Under the pieces are notes generated by a model, which saw nothing but the letters and a program-made list of their open reading frames with translations, ran no database searches and was not told the origin of the DNA. From positions 1 through 64,000 of the forward strand of contig DAOVVV010000005.1 of assembly GCA_030637025.1 (NCBI GenBank): a stretch of DNA of 64,000 nucleotides, written 5' to 3'. This document shows positions 29,339 to 39,900 of the stretch, in pieces. Made by a program: the position numbers and the translations under genes. Position 1 is the first letter of the stretch, and every line of letters begins with the position of its first letter. The DNA is from Clostridia bacterium (lineage in GTDB: Bacteria; CBDUZB01; JAGLHV01).

Positions 29339-31096
29339 ATGCTTTATTTAACAAGGATTAATAAAATATTAATTGCATTATTAATTTGTCTTGTTCTGGC
29401 AAATTGTAATTATGTATTTTTAGGAAAAGCACTTGCCGGGCAGTATAGCACTCATACGGAGATTTTAATTTCTTCAAAGATATATTATGAAAGTGGATGG
29501 TATGCTTATAATTTAAAATACCCTGCTATTTCGGATGGAGAAAAACCGTCTAATTTAGTTTTGTATGAGAACGGAGTCAAACTTGGGCCGGCGCATAGTA
29601 CACATAGTCAAATAAGAAAAAAAGGGAAAGGAAGGTTTTCTCACTGGAAGTCCGATTTATTGTATTTCTCAAGTTCGGATAATTCAGATCCCCGGAGTAA
29701 TGGGAGAAAGTATAAAGTGGTTTCTATTCATAAGATAAATATTCAGAAAGAAATTACCGGGACTAAACAACATCAATATCAAATTATTGTACAGGGTAAA
29801 AAAGAACCGTTTAACCGGTATATAAAGATAGAAAACATAGGGGACAGTGACATTATAAATCCTAAAGTTATTTCTGACAATGTAGTGGATATGTCTTCGG
29901 TCCAATCAATTTTAAAAGGGGTCATTACGGATTCTATGAGTGATAAAGAAAAAGCAATTAAACTATGGGAATTTGTAAGAGACAACCGTTATAACTGGTA
30001 TCCTGCCGAAAGAATAGATGAACTTGCGTATCCGGTTAAATATTTTAATGTATATGGATATGAATTTTGTAGTGCTACCTCCGAAGTTCTGGAAGCCCTA
30101 TGGGAAGCAGCAGGATTTCCTGCTCGTTGTTGGGGATTGGCAGATGAACATGTGGTGGCAGAGATTTTTTATGATAATAGCTGGCATATGTTTGATCCAC
30201 ACTATGATATTTTTTATTTTTGCCGGGACAATAAAGCAATTGCCAGCGTAGAGGATTTGGAAGACAATCCTGCTTTAATTATGCAATCGGATAGAAAACC
30301 GGTTGGTTGTTCTTCAGACTGGCTAGCCGGGTTATTTGCGGATAGGAATAATTCGATAGAAGATAACCGGTTTGTGAGTAGTTATAGAATAAATATAGTT
30401 TTAAGGCCTGATGAATATTTGATAAGAAGCTGGGAAATAGGCAGCAAATATCATGATAACTGTTATCATAAAGAACCGCCGGTTTATGCTAACGGCAAAA
30501 TTGTTTATACTCCAGATTTAACTAAAATTAATTGTATGGAGGGTATGTATAAGAAGGTAAATGTAAGACAGGATTCAGGGAAGAAGAATTATTCCGGTAT
30601 ATATGCGGATAAACCCGGGAAGAATGCATATATTATTTATAAGGTGGAGAGTCCATATGTGATTGTAGGAGGGAAAATAGGTGGAGAATTTGTAGGGGCG
30701 GCTAAGATGTATATTTCTTTTGATGCGGAAAACTGGAGAGAAATATGGGAAAAAAAGGTAAAAAAGAATGTAGAACATTATGAGAAAATTGACTCAATTG
30801 TGAATAATCCGAACGGGGGAAACTATAAAACAAATAGTTGGAATACGGAATTTAACGCAAAATATTTTTATTTTATTAAATATGAGTTTTTTAGTGATGC
30901 AGACCGAAAATCAGGCATAAAAAAGATAGTACTTAGTACTGATATACAGCTTGCTCCTAAATCTCTTCCTGCGTTAAAGTTAGGGGTAAACAGTATATGT
31001 TTTTCAAGAGCTGATAATGGAAAAAAGAAGAGCTTAAGGGATAATGGTCCCATAGTTAAGATTATTTATGCCTGGGAAGAAAATCAAGGCAAATAA
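29339..31096 (+). CDS. Exported transglutaminase-like protein, copy 2 (tandem duplicate)
   Basis: Same motifs (YGYEFCS, EHVVAEIFYDNSWHMFDP); long stretches of DNA near-identical to copy 1; signal-like N-terminus ending KALA. Confidence 0.75.
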   Translation: MLYLTRINKILIALLICLVLANCNYVFLGKALAGQYSTHTEILISSKIYYESGWYAYNLKYPAISDGEKPSNLVLYENGVKLGPAHSTHSQIRKKGKGRFSHWKSDLLYFSSSDNSDPRSNGRKYKVVSIHKINIQKEITGTKQHQYQIIVQGKKEPFNRYIKIENIGDSDIINPKVISDNVVDMSSVQSILKGVITDSMSDKEKAIKLWEFVRDNRYNWYPAERIDELAYPVKYFNVYGYEFCSATSEVLEALWEAAGFPARCWGLADEHVVAEIFYDNSWHMFDPHYDIFYFCRDNKAIASVEDLEDNPALIMQSDRKPVGCSSDWLAGLFADRNNSIEDNRFVSSYRINIVLRPDEYLIRSWEIGSKYHDNCYHKEPPVYANGKIVYTPDLTKINCMEGMYKKVNVRQDSGKKNYSGIYADKPGKNAYIIYKVESPYVIVGGKIGGEFVGAAKMYISFDAENWREIWEKKVKKNVEHYEKIDSIVNNPNGGNYKTNSWNTEFNAKYFYFIKYEFFSDADRKSGIKKIVLSTDIQLAPKSLPALKLGVNSICFSRADNGKKKSLRDNGPIVKIIYAWEENQGK

Positions 31097-31115
31097 CAAG
31101 GAAATTTAGTGATAG

Positions 31116-32543
31116 ATGAGAATTTATTTTATTAATCCTCCGGGAGCTAATATAACAAAACAAATTAGAGAAGGGCGGTGTATGTTAAGTACCGGCGCCT
31201 GGAGTAGTTTGTGGGCTCCTGTTTCACTGGCACTTTGTGCGGCAAAAGTAAGAACGAAGGAAGAAATAGAAGTAAAATTAATTGATTGTGTTGCTGAAAG
31301 GATAAATTTTTCTAAACTTTCAGCAATGATTAAAGATTTTTCTCCGGATTTAGTTGTTATTAATACATCTACCCCTTCTATTGAAAGTGATTTAAGTACG
31401 ATAAAGTATATAAAAGGTGTTAATCGGAAAATCAGAACTGCCATTATCGGAATTCACGGCACTGTTTTAACGGAAGATTGTTTTAAGTTGGCGCCGGAGT
31501 TGGATTTTATAATTCGTGGAGAACCGGAGTATACAGTTTGTGATTTAAGTTTAGCCGTTAATGACAATAATGATTTTTCACTGGTGAGGGGAATTTCATA
31601 TCATAAAGGGGATAAAGTTGTACATAATCCATCCCGGGAGTTTATTAAAAACTTAGATGAATTACCCCATCCTGCATGGGATTTAGTGGATTTATCTAAA
31701 TATACTTTGCCTTTTAATAACCAGCCGTTTTTATTAATCATTCCGGCGAGAGGATGTCCGCATAAATGTGTTTTTTGTAATAGTAAAATTTATTATGGTA
31801 ATAATTTGCGATTACGCTCGGTAAATAATGTAGTTGATGAGTTAGAATGGGCTAAGGATAAATTCGGCATAGATAATTTTTTATTCTGGACCGAATCATT
31901 TACCCTGGATAAAAAATATGCCTTAGGAATAACGGAGGAAATTTTAAGGCGAAAATTAAAAATATCCTGGGTTTGTAATAGTCGAGTAGATGATGTTGAT
32001 AAAGAAATGTTAAACAGATTTAAAAAAGCCGGTTGTTGGATGATTGGTTATGGTATAGAGTCGGGGGATGAAGATATTCTTAAAAAAACCAGGAAAGGAA
32101 TCCATGTTAATGAGTCGATAAATGCTGTTGGTTTGACTAAGAAAAGCGGTTTGCAGGTAGCGGCCTATTATGTATTAGGGTTACCTGATGAAACCAAAAA
32201 AAGTATAAAAAAGACAATAGAATTGGCTAATCGATTAGATGCTGATTTTACTCAATTTTATTGTGCGGTACCTTATCCGGGATGTGACTTGTATGAGGAA
32301 GCGAAAAAGAGAAAATGGTTAAATACAAATGATTGGACTAAGTTTGAGCAAAATTATTCAATTTTAGATATGGATGGTATAACGGCAAAGGAAGTTATGT
32401 CTTTCAGGAAAACAGCTTATTTACATTTTTATTTTCACCCGCGGAGAATTTATAAAATATTGAAAAGAATAAAATCTAAGAGAATGTTTTTTAATCTTGT
32501 TCGAATGGGTAAAGATTTTTTACGCTGGGTATATACGAGTTAA
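31116..32543 (+). CDS. B12-binding radical SAM protein
   Basis: FINPP..IREGRC..WAPVSLA, IGIHGT, RGEPE, ARGCPHKCVFC, GYGIESG, PYPG. Confidence 0.9.
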   Translation: MRIYFINPPGANITKQIREGRCMLSTGAWSSLWAPVSLALCAAKVRTKEEIEVKLIDCVAERINFSKLSAMIKDFSPDLVVINTSTPSIESDLSTIKYIKGVNRKIRTAIIGIHGTVLTEDCFKLAPELDFIIRGEPEYTVCDLSLAVNDNNDFSLVRGISYHKGDKVVHNPSREFIKNLDELPHPAWDLVDLSKYTLPFNNQPFLLIIPARGCPHKCVFCNSKIYYGNNLRLRSVNNVVDELEWAKDKFGIDNFLFWTESFTLDKKYALGITEEILRRKLKISWVCNSRVDDVDKEMLNRFKKAGCWMIGYGIESGDEDILKKTRKGIHVNESINAVGLTKKSGLQVAAYYVLGLPDETKKSIKKTIELANRLDADFTQFYCAVPYPGCDLYEEAKKRKWLNTNDWTKFEQNYSILDMDGITAKEVMSFRKTAYLHFYFHPRRIYKILKRIKSKRMFFNLVRMGKDFLRWVYTS

Positions 32544-32579
32544 TATCTTAATTGAAATCATAAGGTGCATAAAAACAAA

Positions 32580-34865
32580 ATGATAAAATTTATTAAAAAA
32601 AGATATTTTATATTGATTCTTTTATTATTTCTGTTAATGTCTATTCCTCTGATAAACGCAGATTTACCCTTTCTTAATAGTGATAGTTCTTTTTATGTAA
32701 TATTGGCTCATTCAATTAGTTCCGGCGAGGGATACAAAGATATTTATTATCCGGGAAATCCTTCAAATGTGGAATTTCCCTTTTTTTATCCTTTACTTTT
32801 GGCGATATTTTTAAAAATTTATCCGGAAAATTATGTGGTTTTTTTAAAATTTCTTTCTATCCTGTTTGGAATAGCTTCATTAGTTGTTGTGCAAATTTTC
32901 TTTTCTAACAAGGTTAAAACGCAAACTATAAAAACCGGACCTTTTACTTCCGAGCATGTACCCCTAATTGCTTTATTTATCTCTGTTAATTTATGGTTTT
33001 TATCCTTTTCCACAAGCATTCTTCCTGAAATACCTTATTTGTTTTTTTCTTTTACGTCTTTAATTTTATTAAATAAATATGAACAAAGCAGTAAAAATTC
33101 AGGTAAATATTTTTTATTTACTGCACTTAGTTTAACTGTAACTTTTTTTACCCGTTCAATAGGGTTAGCTTTGATTATGGCGGCAATAATTTATTTTATA
33201 ATTATAAAAAGAAAAAAAAGGAAAGGATTTTATATCGGGGGTATATGCATTTTTTTATCTTTGCCCTGGCTGATGAGGACAATATTAATTTCTTCTGCGA
33301 CAATTTCTAAAAATTATGTAGGCCAATTTATGCACGGTCATAACGAATCGTCCATAAAAATACTAAAAGCAATAGTATGGAATTTAACCCACTATTGGCA
33401 GTTAATTTCAACCCTGCTCCTGCCGGGATTTTTTCTTTCAAAATTAAGCGAGGAAATGAGTTATTTCCCCTTTTTATGTGGATTAATTAATAAAAAAATA
33501 AAATATTTCAGTTTTAGTCCTTTGCCCTGGCTGTCTGCCTTTCTAGCTTTTACTCTTTTTGCTATTGTCGTAGCAGGTTTTATTTACCATTTTAAAAAAA
33601 GAAAATTAAGCGAAATTTATATATTATGCTATTTAAGTATAGTCTTTATTTTTCCCTCCCGGTTTTTTCAAGAGAGTGGAAATAGATTTATTACGCCCAT
33701 ACTTCCTTTCATATTGTTTTATTTTTTTACAGGATTATTTTTGTTGGTTAATTTGTTTAAGTCCTCAGGAGAAGATGTAAAAGAAAAACAGGGAACGAAA
33801 AAAAACAAAAGGGTGGCGGTAATCAAAATTCTTGTTTGTCTTTTTGTGTTAATAGCCAATCTTATTCCTGTTTCGAGATTGATAAAAGCTAATGTAAAAT
33901 ATCTTATAAATTATAAATTTTTATCACTTGAACAAAGAAAGGATTACTATCCTTCCTGGTTTATGGACCGTTTCATAGTTGCTTATTGGATAAAAAATAA
34001 TACTTCTCCCGATAGTATTTTTATGCATGATTATCCTCCTCCTTTTTATTTGGTTACGGGACGTAAAACAGTTTATTTTACCAAAACCCCCTGCCCGGAA
34101 AGAGAAATGAAATTAGTGGAAATTGCTAATACTATAAAACAAAAAGGAGTTAATTATATTGTTACCCTCACTCCCCATGAAGAGAAAATAGTCAGGCAGT
34201 TAAATCAACAAATAGAGGATATGATTTTTTTCCCTTTAGTTCGCTTTGAATCTATAGATGAAATAATTAAAATATATAAAGTGAGTAAAATTAATCCACA
34301 GGCAAAAACATTAAATCAAGAGGGGATTGATTGGTATCATAAGAGAAATTTTAACAAAGCGAGAGAGGGATTTAAAAAAGCGATAGCAATAAATGCTCAT
34401 CCTCTGGAATATTTCAATTTAGGCCAGTGTTATGAAAGAGAAGGGGAAAAAGACAGAGCTATTTTTGCTTATGAAAATGCGGCTAAAATGCAATTCAATT
34501 ATAAAATGGTAAAGGATAAAATAGAGATAGTTAAACAGCAGGAAAGGATAGAAAATAACCCGTTTTCGTATGAAGAATATTTGGTATTGGGAAAGTTATA
34601 TTTGAAAAATTATAAAGCTATAGATTTGACTATATATTTTTTTAGAAAAGCTTTAATTTTGAATCCTGAGAGTGCCCTTGTTCATTATAATCTTGGCCGT
34701 GCTTATATTATTGATGAGGCTTATGATGCTGCTTTGAGTGAACTTAAAATATCGCTTAAATTAAAACCGGAGTTAAAACATAAAGTAAAACATTATATGC
34801 AAATAGCCGGTCAGAAAAAGAAGGAAAAACAGTTATCTTATCTGGGAAGAGAGCATCTACAATGA
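32580..34865 (+). CDS. GT-C membrane glycosyltransferase + TPR (family A)
   Basis: DSSFYVILAHSISSGEGYKDIYYPGNP..EFPFFYPLLLA; TPRs. ATG 32580 matches the paralog start MIEFIKKKY; the ORF track starts at GTG 32565. Confidence 0.8.
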   Translation: MIKFIKKRYFILILLLFLLMSIPLINADLPFLNSDSSFYVILAHSISSGEGYKDIYYPGNPSNVEFPFFYPLLLAIFLKIYPENYVVFLKFLSILFGIASLVVVQIFFSNKVKTQTIKTGPFTSEHVPLIALFISVNLWFLSFSTSILPEIPYLFFSFTSLILLNKYEQSSKNSGKYFLFTALSLTVTFFTRSIGLALIMAAIIYFIIIKRKKRKGFYIGGICIFLSLPWLMRTILISSATISKNYVGQFMHGHNESSIKILKAIVWNLTHYWQLISTLLLPGFFLSKLSEEMSYFPFLCGLINKKIKYFSFSPLPWLSAFLAFTLFAIVVAGFIYHFKKRKLSEIYILCYLSIVFIFPSRFFQESGNRFITPILPFILFYFFTGLFLLVNLFKSSGEDVKEKQGTKKNKRVAVIKILVCLFVLIANLIPVSRLIKANVKYLINYKFLSLEQRKDYYPSWFMDRFIVAYWIKNNTSPDSIFMHDYPPPFYLVTGRKTVYFTKTPCPEREMKLVEIANTIKQKGVNYIVTLTPHEEKIVRQLNQQIEDMIFFPLVRFESIDEIIKIYKVSKINPQAKTLNQEGIDWYHKRNFNKAREGFKKAIAINAHPLEYFNLGQCYEREGEKDRAIFAYENAAKMQFNYKMVKDKIEIVKQQERIENNPFSYEEYLVLGKLYLKNYKAIDLTIYFFRKALILNPESALVHYNLGRAYIIDEAYDAALSELKISLKLKPELKHKVKHYMQIAGQKKKEKQLSYLGREHLQ

Positions 34866-36949
34866 AAAATTACTTAAAAGTAGGGGCCTTTATGTTCTTG
34901 TTATTTTATTGGAACGTTTCTTTTATTGGGGCAAAAGAACACAATAAGCGTATAATGAAAAAAATTATTAAACTTGCACAAAAAAGCCAGGCAATGGATA
35001 CTGCTATTATTAAAAGAATGCGGTTTGATTTGTTAGAAGAACAAATTATTCTTGATGGCTCAACAGAGAAATGTTTGCTGAAGGATAATAGCAATATTGG
35101 TGTATGGTTGTTTAAGAGTTATACTAATCCAAAAAAAGTAATAATATCCAGAAGTGTATATCTTTTAGCTAAGTTGACGGGTATTTCTACTCCACTGATT
35201 TATGAAATCACTCTTCCTGTTAACGGGAAAATGGTTTATGGTTCAATTCAGGAATTTATTCTGGGAGCCAAAAAAGTAAAAGAGATGAAACTTTCTGAAT
35301 TTAGTGATAAACAAATTGCAGAAATTAAGAGGTGCCAAATTTTTAGTTGGTTAATTTTTAATAAAGATTCCGGACAAAAGCATCTTATTGTTCATCCGGA
35401 AACAAAAGAAATTTTTACTATAGATAACGATAACTCTTTAGTATTTAGAAGGAGATGGTCAATAGAAAAGCATCTATTTGGTAAATTTGATAAGGTTTGG
35501 AATGCTGATACAGGAAATAGAAGAGTATTTGAGTTAAAAGAAATTCTTAGTTTCATTGATTATCTACAAAGTATTGATAACAAGGAATTAAAAAAAATAC
35601 TTTTATTAGTTATCAATAAGCCTGAACAAATGAACGAGTTTTTTTTGAGAAAAGAAAATTTGAAAAGTGATTTTATAAGGTTTTACTGCAAATTAAAAAA
35701 ATCACCAAAAAGGTTATCCGATGAGGCGAGTAAGGGTAATGGCGAAGAGTATGCAAGGTTAATTTTAAAAGAACTAAAAGCTTCCATCTTAAAAAAAAAG
35801 CAGTTGCTTAAAAATTTAAAAAGTAAACCATTAACAAAACAAAAGGATATTAAAGTTATTTCTTCAAAAGAGGCCTGGATTAAAGCAAGAAAATTAAGTT
35901 ATTCTTCGAATAAAGAGTTTTTAAATTATCTAAAAAAGGCGACTGAAACATTAAAATATCTGGAAAACAGTAATTTAAATATTTATGAAAGATTAGCGGT
36001 AAATTTATATACAGAAGAAATTGCAAGAGAATCTATGGAAGGAAAGATAGATAGGTTTATAAACAGGAAGGGAATTAAAAGGATTAGTATTCATCCAGTA
36101 CGAATGACAGCTAAAAAAATATTGAATATAGAATATAATTTGAGGGCTATATGCGGGAAAAAGAGAAAATCATTTTCCGAATATAAAAAAGAATTGGCAA
36201 ATGATAAGGAAAATATTTTGTTACATCTCAATTATATTAAGTATCCCCCACAAACTACTCAGGCAATAAATGAGGTTTTAGAAGAATATCAACAAAAAAT
36301 AAAGAAAGAAGGAAATATTAAAGTAAATGACTTTATTTGTAAAATAACGCAGAGAGACGAAAAATACCTTAACAATGTGGACGACAGCTTTACCTGGAAA
36401 TATTTAGGGTTAGCTTTGGTAAATGCGTATCGTAAGCGCAAAAATAAAGCAATTGGATGTTGTAATAAATCAGTTGCTTTAACTAAGGATAATTTTGTTG
36501 TTTATTGGAGTTATTTACTATTGGGACTTCTTTATGAATATAACGACTCTTGGGAAAGATTTGGTGAAGGATTTAAAAGGGAAAAATCCGTTAAGGCCTA
36601 TAAAAAGGCAGTAATGATTAATCCTGAGTCGGTAGAAGCGCATTTGAACTTAGGAATTATTTATTTGATAAATAAAGAGCCGGACAAAGTTTTAGAGGAG
36701 TTTAAGCAAGTAGACAGATTAGATGTTAAATATGGAAAAAAGCATTTTCATTTTAGCAAGATAAAAGAGAAATATGAATATAAAAGTAAAGAGAAATATT
36801 TAGAAGCAATAAAGATGAATACTTTGAGTGGTAGACATCATTATGTGGTAGGCCTGGCTTATATGGTAAATAATGATGTAAAAAGAGCAAAGCAACATTT
36901 TAATAAAGCAAAAGAATTTGGTTATAAAGTTAATGTTAGAGTGGAATAA
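34862..36949 (+). CDS. Signal peptide + atypical kinase-like + TPR protein, array gene 1
   Basis: LDGSTEKCL, WLFK, YGSIQEFI, WLIFNKDSGQKHL, FTIDND, MNTLSGRHHY; ATGA overlap with the upstream GT-C gene. Confidence 0.82.
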   Translation: MKNYLKVGAFMFLLFYWNVSFIGAKEHNKRIMKKIIKLAQKSQAMDTAIIKRMRFDLLEEQIILDGSTEKCLLKDNSNIGVWLFKSYTNPKKVIISRSVYLLAKLTGISTPLIYEITLPVNGKMVYGSIQEFILGAKKVKEMKLSEFSDKQIAEIKRCQIFSWLIFNKDSGQKHLIVHPETKEIFTIDNDNSLVFRRRWSIEKHLFGKFDKVWNADTGNRRVFELKEILSFIDYLQSIDNKELKKILLLVINKPEQMNEFFLRKENLKSDFIRFYCKLKKSPKRLSDEASKGNGEEYARLILKELKASILKKKQLLKNLKSKPLTKQKDIKVISSKEAWIKARKLSYSSNKEFLNYLKKATETLKYLENSNLNIYERLAVNLYTEEIARESMEGKIDRFINRKGIKRISIHPVRMTAKKILNIEYNLRAICGKKRKSFSEYKKELANDKENILLHLNYIKYPPQTTQAINEVLEEYQQKIKKEGNIKVNDFICKITQRDEKYLNNVDDSFTWKYLGLALVNAYRKRKNKAIGCCNKSVALTKDNFVVYWSYLLLGLLYEYNDSWERFGEGFKREKSVKAYKKAVMINPESVEAHLNLGIIYLINKEPDKVLEEFKQVDRLDVKYGKKHFHFSKIKEKYEYKSKEKYLEAIKMNTLSGRHHYVVGLAYMVNNDVKRAKQHFNKAKEFGYKVNVRVE

Positions 36950-36985
36950 AATGTGGGGATGTGGCAAAATAATGGGAGTAAACTA

Positions 36986-39900
36986 ATGAGGATTAAAGAA
37001 AAATGTTTTTTAATTGTTTTTATAATAGCTACATTGGTTTTTTTTAATTTTCCTGTAAGTGCAAAATCATTGAAGGCAGATATTGTCCGAGTGTTTGATG
37101 AAAACCGGAAATTGGATGCCCGGATAGTTAAAGAAATGAATTTTAAATTGGCTAAAGAACAGGATGTAGGAGGAAACACTGAAAAATATCTCCTGGAAGG
37201 GAAAGACGGCAATAAATGGATTTTTAAAATTTATAGGACTCCTTCTACGGTAAAAAGTTCAAGGGTTGTTTATAGATTATCCACTTTTTTTGGTATTAAA
37301 ACCCCTCCTGTTTATGAAATTGAATTATTGATAAATACAAAACCAGAGTATGGATCGCTTCAAAAAATGTTACAGGATGTTAAAGTGTGGAAGAGTAGTT
37401 TTTTGGCTAATATTTCGCCCGGACAAATAATATCTTTTCAGAAACAACAGGTATTGGATTGGCTTATTTATAATGGGGAAGTGGAGAGCGAAGAATTTTT
37501 ATTAGACACAAAAACCGGTGAAATTATTCCTATTGATAGAGATGAAGTTTTTTGTACTGAACGTTATGAAAAAGTAAAACTACCCGGTAAAGACCCTGAT
37601 ATGTTTTGGTATAATAAATTTTTTAAAAATCTGTATCGAAATAATAGGGAAATAGATTGTACCGCTGTTTTTGAAATGATTGATTATATACAATCAACGG
37701 AGGATAAACTAATAAAAAATATATTCGAAGAGATATTTGAAAAAGGGGCGGATTATTTCTGGCGGAGATTTTTAGTCAAGAAGAATAATTTGCGTAGTGA
37801 TTTTGAAAAATTTTATCAGGAATTATCTTTTACAACAGAAAAAAACATTCTTATTCCTCCCCGGACGGTAAATAACAGTTATGTAAAGACGGTTTTAGAA
37901 AATATGAAAAAAGAGATTTTAGACAAAAATAAAAGTCTTGGATGGATAAAATTAAACAGCATTAAAAGGCAGGAAAATATAGAAGTGATTTCTTCTAAAA
38001 GATCATGGCATTTGATCTATTATAATCTAAAATATGTACCGGAATATGAATTGTTATCACGGGCAGAAGAAATTAATAAAAAACTGGAAAAACTAAAAAA
38101 TGAAACCGGGGATGTTTATGAAAAATGTGCCATAAATTTGTATATTAATCAGATTGAAAAGATTAAGAAACTTTATGAAGGGAAAAATATTGATAAACAA
38201 GAGGCCTCATTTAAAAGGATTACAATCCATCCTCTGTCAGATAAATTATTTGATTTGGGATATAAAGAGGTTTCACTCTCGCAGCCGCAAGCGGGAAATA
38301 AATGTAAATATGATAAAAAAAGATTAATGAATGAACTCATTTGTAATTTTAAAGAAATCCGGAAATTAGATAAGCAGATTATAAAAAAATTACGATTTGA
38401 ATTATGTGAAAATCAATATTTAGGAGGAAGTACCCAGAAATATTTATTCAAAAGTAATAGTGGGGATTTGTGGCTGTTTAAAACATACTCTTCTCCGAAA
38501 AAGGTGAAAATATCAAGGACTATATATCTTTTATCTCAATTATTAGGTGTGTCTACCCCGGTGGTTTATGAAATTAGTTTGCCGGTTAACGGAAAATTAT
38601 GCTATGGGGCAATTCAAAAATTTATTGCCGGAGGTATACAAATTGTTAAAGCGATGATTGAAAAATTAAGTGATGAGCAGATTAACGAAGTACAAAATCA
38701 TTGGGTTTTTGATTGGTTAGTTTTTAATAGTGACCCCTCACCGGAACACTTTCTGCTTGAGCCAAAAACAAAAGAAATCATTGCCATAGACAAAGATTCA
38801 TCGTTATATGATATGAAGTTGATTTTTCCGGATAAAAACCCGTGGAAGAAGGCACATTACTCTAAATTTCGGAAAGCATACATAAATAACAAAATTAATA
38901 TTGATTTTGAAGAAACTTTTAATTTTATTGATTATATACAAAGTATAGAAAAAAGTGAATTAAGGGAAATTCTTTTACCGGTATTGGAGAAAGATGAATT
39001 AATAGATAAGTTTTTTTTGAGGAGGGCAAATTTAAAGAGTCATTTCGAAAAATTGTATTATGAATTATCAGTGTTACGAGGCGAACAGTTTCAAATGGCA
39101 GGTAATAGTAATAAGTCATTACATTTAATATCGGTTCTGGAAAAAATCAAAAATATTGTTTTAGAAAAAAGACAGTTACTCGAAAACTTGAAATCTCAAA
39201 AGAAAACAAAACAAAGTAATATTATAGCCCTTTCTTCCAGCCAGACATGGTCTATGGTGAGTAAATTCAACGGATCTTTGCGAAGACTTTTTTCCTTAAA
39301 TGTTAAAAAGAGCCTGGATAAATTAGAATATTTAGAAAGTGAGGCTTTAAATATATATGAAAAATTAGCTATAAATTTATATATAGAAGAAATTAGAAGG
39401 ATTTCCACGGAAAGAGACATAGAAAATTTTTTGCAGAGAAAAATTAAAATGATTTCAATGCATCCCGGGCAAATAACGGATAAAAAAATATTAAACAGAG
39501 AATATATATTCCGGGTTACATACGGGAAAAGTAAAAAATCGCCTGAGGTATATAAAAGGAAATTAGAAGCAGACAGCACGGATGTTTTATCACATTTTGA
39601 GTATATTCAATATCCGGTGAGGGGTAATGATAAAGGAGGAGTGTCGATTTTAAAAGAGTATGAAAAGTGGGTAGAGAAAGATCCGGAAAACTTGATGTAT
39701 AAACTCTTTTATGGAATAGTATCAAATGATTTAAATTATCTTAAAAGAATGGAAGATAATTTAAATTTGAAATATTTAGGAATGGCTTTAATACAGAGTT
39801 TTGCAAAGGACAGAGACGAAATAGTCAAATATTGCAATAAAGCAATTATTTTAAATAAAGGCGGCTATATTGCCTATTGGAGTTATATGTTATTAGGGTT

